The notes beneath the pieces are model-generated. The model was not told where the DNA came from. It made no database searches and saw only the letters and a program-made list of their open reading frames with translations. Of a DNA stretch of 18,379 bases, positions 1-8,209 are shown piece by piece. This DNA comes from a virus (taxonomy: Duplodnaviria > Heunggongvirae > Uroviricota > Caudoviricetes). The position numbers were made by a program, and so were the translations under genes. The stretch covers positions 1-18,379 of IMG/VR virus record IMGVR_UViG_3300000944_000006. One strand, given 5' to 3'. Position 1 is the first letter of the stretch, and each line of letters opens with the position of its first letter.

Positions 1-3000
1 TTAGCCACCTGACACCTTGGTCAAATCTTGCTTGGGTTAGCACATATTCTGCCGTAAAGGTTTCAGCATCTGCCGTTACAGGTAAACTGACAATAGTTAA
101 CGAACCAACCCCTGAATAGTCGCTATGCATACCATAAAATATTATGTTATAAGTAACATTGCCTGTTGGTGGTGTAACTACTCTTCCCCTCGCTGTTATC
201 CTATAAGTGTTCCCTACAATCGCAGGCAAGGCACTTCTCTGTGAAATTGGCTGTTCTGCCGTACTTCTAATCCCAAAACCCTCTAACGGGTCTTCAATTA
301 ATGAGTGGGCAGGACTGCCTGTAACAGGTCTATCAGTATCGGGATGTCCGCTAAAATCCTCAATAAAAAAATCATCGGCGTTCTCGAATGTGTTTGGTCG
401 CAACTGTCTAGCGTTGGTAAGGGATTTGTTCGAATATTCTGCTGATAGCGTAGCAGAAGTACCCGCCGCATCTCTTAAATTACTTGTTTCTGTAAAAAAT
501 TCTGCTAAGTTTGAAAATAGAGAATTGCCATTTAAAGTAGTTGTGTCGCTTAATTGAATTCCCCCTTGGTTGATAATATCATTGCCTTGGTCGTCGCGTA
601 TCACGATACCAAAATTACCATTACCGTCAGTATCCCCTATAATCACCCGCGATACAATTCCGTCTGTAACGGTTATTCGATTACTACCACCATCCAATTC
701 TAAATTAGTATCGCCAATAAAAAGACTTTGTGTGAATGTAGAACTTGCAACAATACGGTCTGCGCCAATAGTACCTTGTACAATAAGATTGCCGTCAATT
801 ACTTGTGTAACAGGTATCCATGTCGTACCATCCCATGCGCGTGTTTCCGAAAACCCTAAAGTTGCGTTAGATATAATCACGGTATCGTTTAAAGTATTTG
901 TAAATCCTACAGTAGAAATAGCGTTATTTGCTATAGTGTTTGACCAAGTAGTTCCTGTCGTGGTTGCATAAAATTGACTAGACCCACGGATTCCATCTTC
1001 ACCATCATTTCCTTTTGGAATAAACAATCCCCATTCATTACCATTACCGTTATCTTGTATGATATACGAATTGCCATCATCAATATTTGAATATACTGAA
1101 TTTATATTAAAATTTGCAGGGTCTGGTTCATTAGACGTAGAAAAATTGCCGATGAATGTTATTTGTGGGGCTGTCGTATCTATTCCACCTACAAAAACTG
1201 TACCATTTTGAATAGTGAAAGGTGTTACGATATCGCCTGTAGATGTATCTACGATTGAAAAGTTTGTGACATCAAAGGTTAAAGAAGACCCGAAATCAGT
1301 TCTTTCTACATTCGAAACACTATTCCAAACCGCATTAGATAAATCGCCAATAAGATTATCGCCAGATGTGAAATTACCATTTTCTGAAATTACTCTTAAC
1401 TGTTTGGTGTTTCTATTCCATGAAACAACTGTCGCAGAAAATGTTGATGTGGTAAGATTGTTTCCTATGAAAATCTGTTCGCCAATACGATAATTTACAT
1501 CATTTACAGGATTATCTACTGTTATAGTGTGTGTAAAATCCGATAAAAGGTTTATTCCAGAAACTATTCCGTCTTGGTCTAACGTAAGTGTATAACCAGA
1601 CGAAATGCCGTCTATAGAATTTAAAGTTTCTTGTATTCTTGTTGTGTTGTCATCAACACTCGTCTCAAAAGTTGTTACTTGCTGTGCAATAGCAATATTT
1701 TGTTCTTCTCGGATAGTGGTTTCAATGTCAAGACGTGCAGAAACATCTGACACTCTAAAGTTGTCTATACTTACCCAATTTTCGCCATTAAATCTATATT
1801 GGTCAAATCTAGGAACACTTACTGTCGATGGTGTGTTTGGCGAAAATACATCATTTCCAACATCAAAATTATTTGAATCTGTGATGCTTTCTTGGCTTAT
1901 ATCAAACCAAATGTCACCAACTTTAGGCGCGGGCGAAAAGTCACTATTAGGAATTATTTCTGAAAAATAAACAGCGATTTGACCGTCTTGTATTTCTGTA
2001 AATCTTGCTGTCCCGACAATAGCTTGTTCTATAGAAGGGTCTGTAACTCTATCCCATGTTTGTGTCACTTCGTTAAATGTGTATGCTTCATTTCTAACTT
2101 CGTTAGTGTCTGGCGAAACACTTATATCAATCCAGACATCCCCATCATTACCTGTTTCAGGCTGTGAAGGTGAAAATAGAATATCAATTCTTCCATCAAC
2201 AATATTTTGGTCAAAGGCTAATATGTCCAAAGAATTGTTTAAAAGAGGGTCTATATATTCGACATAATCTGTTCCGTTATATTCTAAAAGATTTTGCCCA
2301 TCAATCCAGATATCACCTATTGCCGATATTGCAGCAGAAGGTTCTTGCGTTAAGAAATGAAGTCTTACAGATTCGTTTTGAAGTCCAGATGTTAAATTTT
2401 CAAATGCTTGGTCTAAAACATCATTATTGAAATTTATCCAACGATTATTTTTTAAACGATATACATCGCCAGAATCTTCACGTAACCAAAGGTCGCCTTC
2501 ATTACCACCAAAAGGTATTGAAGCACTTCTAAACACAACCAGAAGTTCATCTGATATAGCAGCATTTAAACCTGCGCGTATAATCGCATTGCCAAATGAA
2601 ACAGAATTTGTTCCTGTCCATGTTTGTGTTATGTTATTCCATACAAGGCGTTCAGAAGTTGTTTCGTGTTGCCAAATATCGCCATTTGCAAAAGGCCCAT
2701 CTAAAAAGTAATTAGGTTCTGTGGCAGATATAATCGTCTGATTAGTGCCGTTAAGTATTTCTGCTTCTGATATCTGTGCGTTGCTTGTAATACTTTGAAA
2801 TTCTCCATCGACAAATACAAATCCTTCGTTATTATTTGATGTGTCAAACCAAATGTCGTTTTCTTGGGCATTTTCAGGTGGTGTATCTTGGACAAACACA
2901 GAATTTCCTGAATTATTATTGATATTATCGTCATTGTTGTTGTCATTATCACCAGTGTTATCGCCGCCAATAACGTCATCAGAAGCACCATCATCCCCGC

Positions 3001-3778
3001 CGTCATTATCAGTTCCGTCACCGCCGTCTATAGCACCGCCTGAAACATTAGTTCCGTCACCATCGACAGAACCGCCTGTGTTCAAATGTATTTGTCGACC
3101 AGTGATAACAACACTATCACTTGCAGAAAGATTTAAAGTTCCGCCTGAAGCAATATCCACGTCACCTGCTACTTCAAAATTAGCATCGCCGTTTACAGAA
3201 ACATTTAAATTACCACGAACAAATAGATTCTTATTGTCAAGAATAATTTCAAAATCTTCCCCGCGTATCTTTTGAACATGGTCGCCATTAGGATGATATT
3301 CTTCAAAAGAACCGCTTTTGTGATATATTTGTATTCTTTCTGCACCGCTCGTACCGTCGATTTCTATGAATGAACCACGATTAGCAATAACCGTATTGAA
3401 ACTATATTCTGTAGCATATTCTGAAGACGGTTCTGAAAATAGATTTGTTTTAAGAGGAACATTTGGATTTAAGTTTGTTCCTTTTGCATTTTGGTGCAAG
3501 TCGTTGTTGCCAGAAAGAACGCCTATAACAATAGGGTCTTGCATCGCTTCTACATCGTTAAAGTGAACGATTACAGTAGCATTAACAGGAATAACGTCTG
3601 AAATACCTGTTTGATTTTCAATAGAATTTACTGTGACACTTGCCCAAGGTAAACTTTCTGTCGGTATATCGCTTTTACTAGGCGAATGAAAACCATAGAT
3701 GCGTACACGCACACGACCTGCTTCTAAAGGGTCTTTATTGTCTTCTACTATTCCGTAAAAAATGAAGGGCTTTTTCAT
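1..3778 (-). CDS. gp5: gp5-like baseplate central spike without lysozyme, fused to a long tail-fibre/tip-attachment (J-like) extension; 3' end lies beyond the window (>1259 aa)
   Basis: Manual translation from ATG 3778 is open to the window edge. MKKPFIFYGIVEDNKDPLEAGRVRVRIYGFHS..IPTESLPW is the gp5 N-terminal OB motif. It is followed by EIDGTSGAERIQIYHKSGSFEEYHPNG, then beta-helix repeats ending GRQIHLN (aa 233). Absent from the ORF track because there is no stop in the window. Confidence 0.92.
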   Translation of the reverse strand, partial: MKKPFIFYGIVEDNKDPLEAGRVRVRIYGFHSPSKSDIPTESLPWASVTVNSIENQTGISDVIPVNATVIVHFNDVEAMQDPIVIGVLSGNNDLHQNAKGTNLNPNVPLKTNLFSEPSSEYATEYSFNTVIANRGSFIEIDGTSGAERIQIYHKSGSFEEYHPNGDHVQKIRGEDFEIILDNKNLFVRGNLNVSVNGDANFEVAGDVDIASGGTLNLSASDSVVITGRQIHLNTGGSVDGDGTNVSGGAIDGGDGTDNDGGDDGASDDVIGGDNTGDNDNNNDDNINNNSGNSVFVQDTPPENAQENDIWFDTSNNNEGFVFVDGEFQSITSNAQISEAEILNGTNQTIISATEPNYFLDGPFANGDIWQHETTSERLVWNNITQTWTGTNSVSFGNAIIRAGLNAAISDELLVVFRSASIPFGGNEGDLWLREDSGDVYRLKNNRWINFNNDVLDQAFENLTSGLQNESVRLHFLTQEPSAAISAIGDIWIDGQNLLEYNGTDYVEYIDPLLNNSLDILAFDQNIVDGRIDILFSPSQPETGNDGDVWIDISVSPDTNEVRNEAYTFNEVTQTWDRVTDPSIEQAIVGTARFTEIQDGQIAVYFSEIIPNSDFSPAPKVGDIWFDISQESITDSNNFDVGNDVFSPNTPSTVSVPRFDQYRFNGENWVSIDNFRVSDVSARLDIETTIREEQNIAIAQQVTTFETSVDDNTTRIQETLNSIDGISSGYTLTLDQDGIVSGINLLSDFTHTITVDNPVNDVNYRIGEQIFIGNNLTTSTFSATVVSWNRNTKQLRVISENGNFTSGDNLIGDLSNAVWNSVSNVERTDFGSSLTFDVTNFSIVDTSTGDIVTPFTIQNGTVFVGGIDTTAPQITFIGNFSTSNEPDPANFNINSVYSNIDDGNSYIIQDNGNGNEWGLFIPKGNDGEDGIRGSSQFYATTTGTTWSNTIANNAISTVGFTNTLNDTVIISNATLGFSETRAWDGTTWIPVTQVIDGNLIVQGTIGADRIVASSTFTQSLFIGDTNLELDGGSNRITVTDGIVSRVIIGDTDGNGNFGIVIRDDQGNDIINQGGIQLSDTTTLNGNSLFSNLAEFFTETSNLRDAAGTSATLSAEYSNKSLTNARQLRPNTFENADDFFIEDFSGHPDTDRPVTGSPAHSLIEDPLEGFGIRSTAEQPISQRSALPAIVGNTYRITARGRVVTPPTGNVTYNIIFYGMHSDYSGVGSLTIVSLPVTADAETFTAEYVLTQARFDQGVRWL
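1901..2900 (-). repeat. Six ~60-aa protein repeats (P-x5-7-GD[ILV]W[FILQ]) inside the gp5 extension
   Basis: NDIWFD 2843-2860, GDIWQ 2669-2683, GDLWL 2483-2497, GDIWID 2300-2317, GDVWID 2126-2143, GDIWFD 1901-1918; spacing 174-225 nt. Confidence 0.85.
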
Positions 3779-3783
3779 GAAAA

Positions 3784-3791
3784 TATTTATA
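3784..3791 (-). promoter_or_regulatory. T4-type late promoter TATAAATA for gp5
   Basis: Exact TATAAATA on the minus strand, 5 nt upstream of ATG 3778. Confidence 0.85.
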
Positions 3792-3802
3792 TACGAATAT
3801 TA

Positions 3803-5797
3803 TTAATATCCAAAAATAACGTCTCTATTTGGCGTAGCATATCTTCTCGGTCTAATAACATTTGTTTCATTGACATTAGTGACGTTTTGTGTGTTAGAAT
3901 TTATAGTAAGGCTTTCTTTTTCTTTATCCATACTTTTCTTTTCTTCGCTTTTAACCTTTTGGATATATTTACGGGACATCTCTAAATTTTCTTGCTTTTT
4001 CATAGCAGTTTTAGATTCTATTCTATCCACACGCTTACGTGCTTTAATATTTTCTTTTGCTTTTTCAACAATATTTTGTGCAGAAGAAAATATTAAAGTA
4101 GGTGGTGCTAATTTAACTAAGTTTGTAGACGCTTGTTTAAACAATCCAACTTTTTTCTTTTTATCTGCATTTGTAGTATTGACTTCACTGTTTGCATCAA
4201 CTTCTAAAGCTTCTGTTTTAAACTTCTTGCCGATAACAGGTATTTTAGACAATACATTGTAAGCCATTTCTTTTAGGCGGATTGGTATAGACTTAATAAA
4301 TTCGCCAAAAGTTTCCATGCCAGATAAGAAGGTCGATATTTTGTCATATATAACTTGTTTACCATCTTCTATTTTTTGCTTAATCATGTCCTTAAGACCG
4401 CCAAAGAAACCAGATATTTTCTGCCACATGATAACAAATCCTTCTTTTATATTCCCGCCGCCAAGCTTTTTAGCAAGCAATACTGCGCCTAAGACAATGC
4501 CTGCAATAGCTGCTGCTATTAGAACAACTGGAAGGGAAAGTGCTGTAAATCCTGCTGCAATTGCCATGACGCCTACACGCAAGGCTGTCATTAACGGGCC
4601 TGCTAAAAATCTTAATGGCTTTAAAATTACGCCAAAGAATTTACCGAACTTTTTGAATAGTGCGGTTAGTTTTGCAAACTTTTTGCCAGTGCCAAGTTTT
4701 TTAAGAAATTTCAAAGCAAAAGCAATACCTGTCCACTTCAAAATAAATGCTAAACCAACTTTTCCAAGTAATGCTAATGGAAGAAGTCTTGCAAGAAGAC
4801 CAATCTTCGGGCCTTTTACTTTTTTATTTTTACTTTTACCTTTAAGAAGGTTTAAAGAACGTTGTTTAACAGTGCCTTCGCGAGATTTTTCTTTATTAAT
4901 GAAGTTTTTATTTGTCTTACGCACACGCTTAGGTCGTGTATTTTTCTCAATTTTTTCTATAGTTGAAACAAAGTTACTTATCTTATCCCCAAACATATCT
5001 GCATGTTCTTGAATGCCGTCCATAAGTCCTTGACCAAAGCCTACGACCATTTCAATCATATCTTCGGTGTCTCTTTGCTTGTCAAGCATACCTTCCTGTA
5101 TGCCTTCAAAAACACCTTGTATGAAATCATTCTGCCATTCAATACCATCAGCAATATCTGATAAAATGTCTAAACTTTCTGACATAGATTCAGGTAAAGG
5201 CTTATCGCCACTATCGTCAGTGAAAGGACTGTTGCTGTCAGGCATAGATTTTTTATTTTCTGGCTTATTCTTTTTACCAGTAATAAATTTAAATATCTTT
5301 CCAAGACCACCACCAAAAAACTTCAATAACCTTTTTGATTTATCCAATACAGGTGCAAGTGCGGGTAGTTGCGATAACAGGCCCATTTCAATAATATTAC
5401 CTGCTGTTTTGAACAGGTTTTTAGAAAGAAGGTCTTGTGCTGTTCTAAGCATAGGGAAAAGTTGCGGTAGTTCAGACGCTATTGTAAGGTCTATAATAGG
5501 TTTGATAACTTCTTGATGCGAAGTTCTAGCGACTTTGGAAGTACCTTTAGCAGCAAGTTTTCCAGACTGTTTTAATAGATTTTTAACAGCATCCTTACCA
5601 AACATACCGTCTTCATCGCCGTCTTTGTCATCACTAACAACAGGCAAATCTTTTTTGTTTCTTCTTTTTTGGCGGTTTTTTTCGAGAAAGTCTTGTGTTT
5701 TTTCGTTCTGTTCTTGAACCATCTTGGTCAAAGCATCTTCACGATTTTTCATACTCTCGTTTTTATTGTCGTTATTTTCTTCTTCTTCGTTATCCAA
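3803..5797 (-). CDS. gp29: Tape measure / gp29-like baseplate hub subunit (664 aa from TTG 5797; alternative ATG at 5752)
   Basis: Long, helical-looking, Lys-rich protein with central hydrophobic/amphipathic stretches. It sits directly after gp26/gp51, and its size is close to T4 gp29. Assigned from position and composition. Confidence 0.7.
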   Translation of the reverse strand: MDNEEEENNDNKNESMKNREDALTKMVQEQNEKTQDFLEKNRQKRRNKKDLPVVSDDKDGDEDGMFGKDAVKNLLKQSGKLAAKGTSKVARTSHQEVIKPIIDLTIASELPQLFPMLRTAQDLLSKNLFKTAGNIIEMGLLSQLPALAPVLDKSKRLLKFFGGGLGKIFKFITGKKNKPENKKSMPDSNSPFTDDSGDKPLPESMSESLDILSDIADGIEWQNDFIQGVFEGIQEGMLDKQRDTEDMIEMVVGFGQGLMDGIQEHADMFGDKISNFVSTIEKIEKNTRPKRVRKTNKNFINKEKSREGTVKQRSLNLLKGKSKNKKVKGPKIGLLARLLPLALLGKVGLAFILKWTGIAFALKFLKKLGTGKKFAKLTALFKKFGKFFGVILKPLRFLAGPLMTALRVGVMAIAAGFTALSLPVVLIAAAIAGIVLGAVLLAKKLGGGNIKEGFVIMWQKISGFFGGLKDMIKQKIEDGKQVIYDKISTFLSGMETFGEFIKSIPIRLKEMAYNVLSKIPVIGKKFKTEALEVDANSEVNTTNADKKKKVGLFKQASTNLVKLAPPTLIFSSAQNIVEKAKENIKARKRVDRIESKTAMKKQENLEMSRKYIQKVKSEEKKSMDKEKESLTINSNTQNVTNVNETNVIRPRRYATPNRDVIFGY

Positions 5798-5802
5798 GGT
5801 AT

Positions 5803-5985
5803 TTACTGCTGTTGTTGTTTCTCTTGCTCTTTATTGTGCTTGTTTAATATGCCAATGTAAACGTCACGTTCCCAAAGAACCATATTTTCAAGTTCTGTTA
5901 AAGAATATTTATAAGCATTAATGAGTACAGCATTTGTTTCAAAATAACTGTCTAGGTCAAATTCCTTGACCGTTAGGACAAAAAA
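5803..5985 (-). CDS. gp51: gp51-like hub assembly protein, probably made as the -1 frameshift extension of gp26
   Basis: Frame reads FFVLTVKEFDLDSYFETNAVLINAYKYSLTELENMVLWERDVYIGILNKHNKEQEKQQQQ*. YSLTELENMxxWERDxY is the gp51 motif. No ATG/GTG/TTG precedes the motif. Not in the ORF track. Confidence 0.82.
   Translation of the reverse strand, partial: FFVLTVKEFDLDSYFETNAVLINAYKYSLTELENMVLWERDVYIGILNKHNKEQEKQQQQ
5906..5913 (-). promoter_or_regulatory. Late promoter TATAAATA inside gp51, upstream of the tape measure gene
   Basis: Exact octamer about 110 nt before TTG 5797; it overlaps the AYKY codons, so it could be coincidental. Confidence 0.5.
5955..5985 (-). other. Putative -1 programmed ribosomal frameshift signal (T-TTT-TTG plus hairpin)
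   Basis: Heptamer at 5985-5979, 7-nt spacer, then stem GGTCAA/TTGACC with a 5-nt loop (5971-5955). A -1 shift joins gp26 to the gp51 frame. Confidence 0.75.
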
Positions 5986-6698
5986 TCGTCAAAACCTTTG
6001 ACAGATATTTCGTTGTCCTTACTACAACCTATACAATTAAATTTAGTTTTTATTTCAACAAGTGGCATTGAAGATATAGCTTTTTCAAGTTCTGTCATTT
6101 GCGTCATGTTAAAGCTGTTAAACCACTCTTCAAATTCATCTTCTGATATATCAGATGCAGGCGTAACACTGTCCTTTGTATAAATCTTTTCGACGGAAAG
6201 TTTCATAAGCTGAAATTGTCTATCAACTTCATTATCGTAATTTTTATACACAAAAATAATATCGTTATATGTAAGAAGACGAACTTTTATACCAATATCA
6301 TCTTTAAGAGTAACGTCTGTTATGCGTTTATCGTTTTTTTCGTTTTGAATATTAACATCTGTATCAAGGTCGATTTCTACTTCATTTGATAATTCGCAGT
6401 GTTCACAAGGGATATTATACACATCACGCGAACCAGAAGAAATCATTTTTAATTTTAAAAAGGCCATTTCAAAGTCAGCAATAGGCAATGTTTTAAAATC
6501 TATTTTTTCGCCACTATTAAGACGGTCAAGAATACTAATAACTGTTTCCAGTTTACTTTCGATATCGTCTTCGTCTGTTGTTAGTGATGATGATGCAATT
6601 GCTTTTACGTCTCCTACCTTCATAGGGGAAAGCTTCAATACTTTTCCTGTAATGGGAAGTGTATATACATTTATTGATGATGAAATATTAGGTAACAT
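5973..6698 (-). CDS. gp26: gp26-like baseplate hub assembly chaperone
   Basis: YTLPITGKVLKLSPMKV, LPIADFEMAFLKLKMISSG, CEHC and CIGC pairs, and a C-terminal VKGFDDFL match the T4 gp26 family. Confidence 0.88.
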   Translation of the reverse strand: MLPNISSSINVYTLPITGKVLKLSPMKVGDVKAIASSSLTTDEDDIESKLETVISILDRLNSGEKIDFKTLPIADFEMAFLKLKMISSGSRDVYNIPCEHCELSNEVEIDLDTDVNIQNEKNDKRITDVTLKDDIGIKVRLLTYNDIIFVYKNYDNEVDRQFQLMKLSVEKIYTKDSVTPASDISEDEFEEWFNSFNMTQMTELEKAISSMPLVEIKTKFNCIGCSKDNEISVKGFDDFLS

Positions 6699-7232
6699 TT
6701 ATAGACTCGTTTCTCTGCGCCATTTCTTGAATGACATCGTGATTGTTAAAAGGGCAAGTGTGCTTTGTGATTCGGCTGAAAAGTCTATATTCCCTACGAC
6801 AGATGGATAGACGCCTGTGAAATAAATTTCGTCTATAGGATTATCCATATCGTCTAAGTGAATAAACTTCATGTCCGTTGTATATTCTTTCCAAAATTTC
6901 TGGATTGTTCCTAAATTTGGATTGAAAATTGATGCTTGCCAATCATCAAAAAATTTCTTTATACGGTAATCTTTATCTAAAAGTATCGTTAAAGTAACCG
7001 ATTCATATTGTTCACTATAAGCTAGTTGTAGAAACTTACCAACTTTAATATCACTTGTAGTAAGATTCTTACCACCAATATTCGCGTTTCTGACATAGCA
7101 AGAAAGTAAATCAATATCATTTACCGAATACTCGTCCCTTAGAAATTCAGGTATTGTCAGAATAGTTTGAAATCTATTGACTTGTGCAGGCGGGTTATCC
7201 GTTATTTTTCTACTAAATTCGTTGATATTCAT
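6699..7232 (-). CDS. gp54: gp54-like tail tube initiator (gp19 tube fold)
   Basis: NRFQ, YESVTLTILLDKDYRIKKFFDDWQ, FTGVYPSVVGNIDFS and ITMSFKKW are tube-family motifs; gene lies between gp2 and gp26. Confidence 0.75.
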   Translation of the reverse strand: MNINEFSRKITDNPPAQVNRFQTILTIPEFLRDEYSVNDIDLLSCYVRNANIGGKNLTTSDIKVGKFLQLAYSEQYESVTLTILLDKDYRIKKFFDDWQASIFNPNLGTIQKFWKEYTTDMKFIHLDDMDNPIDEIYFTGVYPSVVGNIDFSAESQSTLALLTITMSFKKWRRETSL

Positions 7233-7918
7233 TATTTCTTCTTACGTGTGCTTCGTTTGTTTTTACGCGATTCTCTTTTAGCGGCCTTAATCGCGTTCTT
7301 TGATTCTACCCAAACTTCTTTCTTAGAAGCTTTAGCAAAACGTTCAGAAGGCAATAGTGTAGCTTTAATCCAATCGTCAGGATGTATAAGCATATATTTA
7401 GAACGCACCTGTGAACGTAGATATTTTTTTACACAAGGCCTTACTTCTGGATATTTAGAAACGTTCTTTAATATTTTCCATGATATCAATACTTTTGTTC
7501 GTGCGTCAAAGCGATTATCACTTGCAAGAAGTTGCATTTTATCAAGTAGAATAATACGTTGTTTCAAAGGTAAATAATGCATATTAATACCCCATATATA
7601 TTTAGCGTCTCTATGGAATACCCATGTCAAAGGAAATCTATCATAATAAGGTAATGTCTTCTTATGTTTCGCGTCATAAAACCAATGATATAATTTACCA
7701 ACCATAACATTTTGCCTGTGACGGCGTTTTTCAGAAAGATACAAGCCCTTTTCATTGATAGCACCTAATTGTTTAACTTGTTCTTTCCACCATTCAGTAG
7801 ATAACCTACGCGCTGCGTTACCTGCTTTTCGTTCTAACTGTCTAAAGACAGATTTATTACGTCCTGCTGTTCCAAGGGCGCTTTGAACATCGTTCCAATA
7901 TTGTGTTTCATCATCCAT
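7232..7918 (-). CDS. gp2: DNA end protector protein
   Basis: GKLYHWFYDAKHKKTLPYYDRFPL, GINMHYLP and CVKKYLRSQVRS are gp2-family motifs. Confidence 0.92.
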   Translation of the reverse strand: MDDETQYWNDVQSALGTAGRNKSVFRQLERKAGNAARRLSTEWWKEQVKQLGAINEKGLYLSEKRRHRQNVMVGKLYHWFYDAKHKKTLPYYDRFPLTWVFHRDAKYIWGINMHYLPLKQRIILLDKMQLLASDNRFDARTKVLISWKILKNVSKYPEVRPCVKKYLRSQVRSKYMLIHPDDWIKATLLPSERFAKASKKEVWVESKNAIKAAKRESRKNKRSTRKKK

Positions 7919-7923
7919 ATATG

Positions 7924-7931
7924 TATTTATA
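7924..7931 (-). promoter_or_regulatory. Late promoter TATAAATA for gp2-gp54-gp26
   Basis: Exact octamer 5 nt upstream of ATG 7918. Confidence 0.85.
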
Positions 7932-8178
7932 TTCCAAACTCAAAAAAATGTATGCTGAATATCTTAGAATTTGGATATTTTTTAACTCTTCCATAAAATG
8001 TCACATTTTTAATATATAATGTATCATGCAAATCGTAACAGCCTTCGTAGCCAAGAATACCTTCTTCTAAACTGTCATCATTGAAAACTGTGTCGTATAA
8101 TGCGCCTGTTTCACAATGAAAAAGTGTAAATTCTTCCTTAAAATAAATGAAGTCGCCTTGTATTGTTGCTTTCGTCAT
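7927..8178 (-). CDS. Hypothetical protein (83 aa), possibly a remote member of the YKYK-TG family
   Basis: ORF fills the gap between gp2 and gp27 and follows a late promoter. N-terminus TKATIQGDF loosely resembles KFKLQGKL. Confidence 0.6.
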   Translation of the reverse strand: MTKATIQGDFIYFKEEFTLFHCETGALYDTVFNDDSLEEGILGYEGCYDLHDTLYIKNVTFYGRVKKYPNSKIFSIHFFEFGI

Positions 8179-8186
8179 AGTGTTTC

Positions 8187-8198
8187 TATTTATAAATA
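8187..8198. promoter_or_regulatory. Overlapping divergent late promoters (palindrome TATTTATAAATA)
   Basis: TATAAATA on + at 8191-8198 (ATG 8210) and on - at 8194-8187 (ATG 8178). Confidence 0.78.
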
Positions 8199-8209
8199 CA
8201 CTTGAAATT

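Noticed and set aside
207-3566. Many plus-strand ORFs and the minus-strand ORF 2701-3021
   Set aside because: They are antisense or alternate-frame shadows of the continuous gp5 frame, with no RBS or motifs.
6696-6703. TATAAATG as a late promoter for gp26
   Set aside because: Only a 7/8 match that coincides with the TAA-ATG junction, so it could not precede the start.
8147-8209. ORF-track start for gp27 at 8147
   Set aside because: It overlaps the divergent ORF and lies upstream of the late promoter; ATG 8210 is preferred. Track starts at 10145, 14279 and 16092 were shortened for similar reasons (SD or family alignment).
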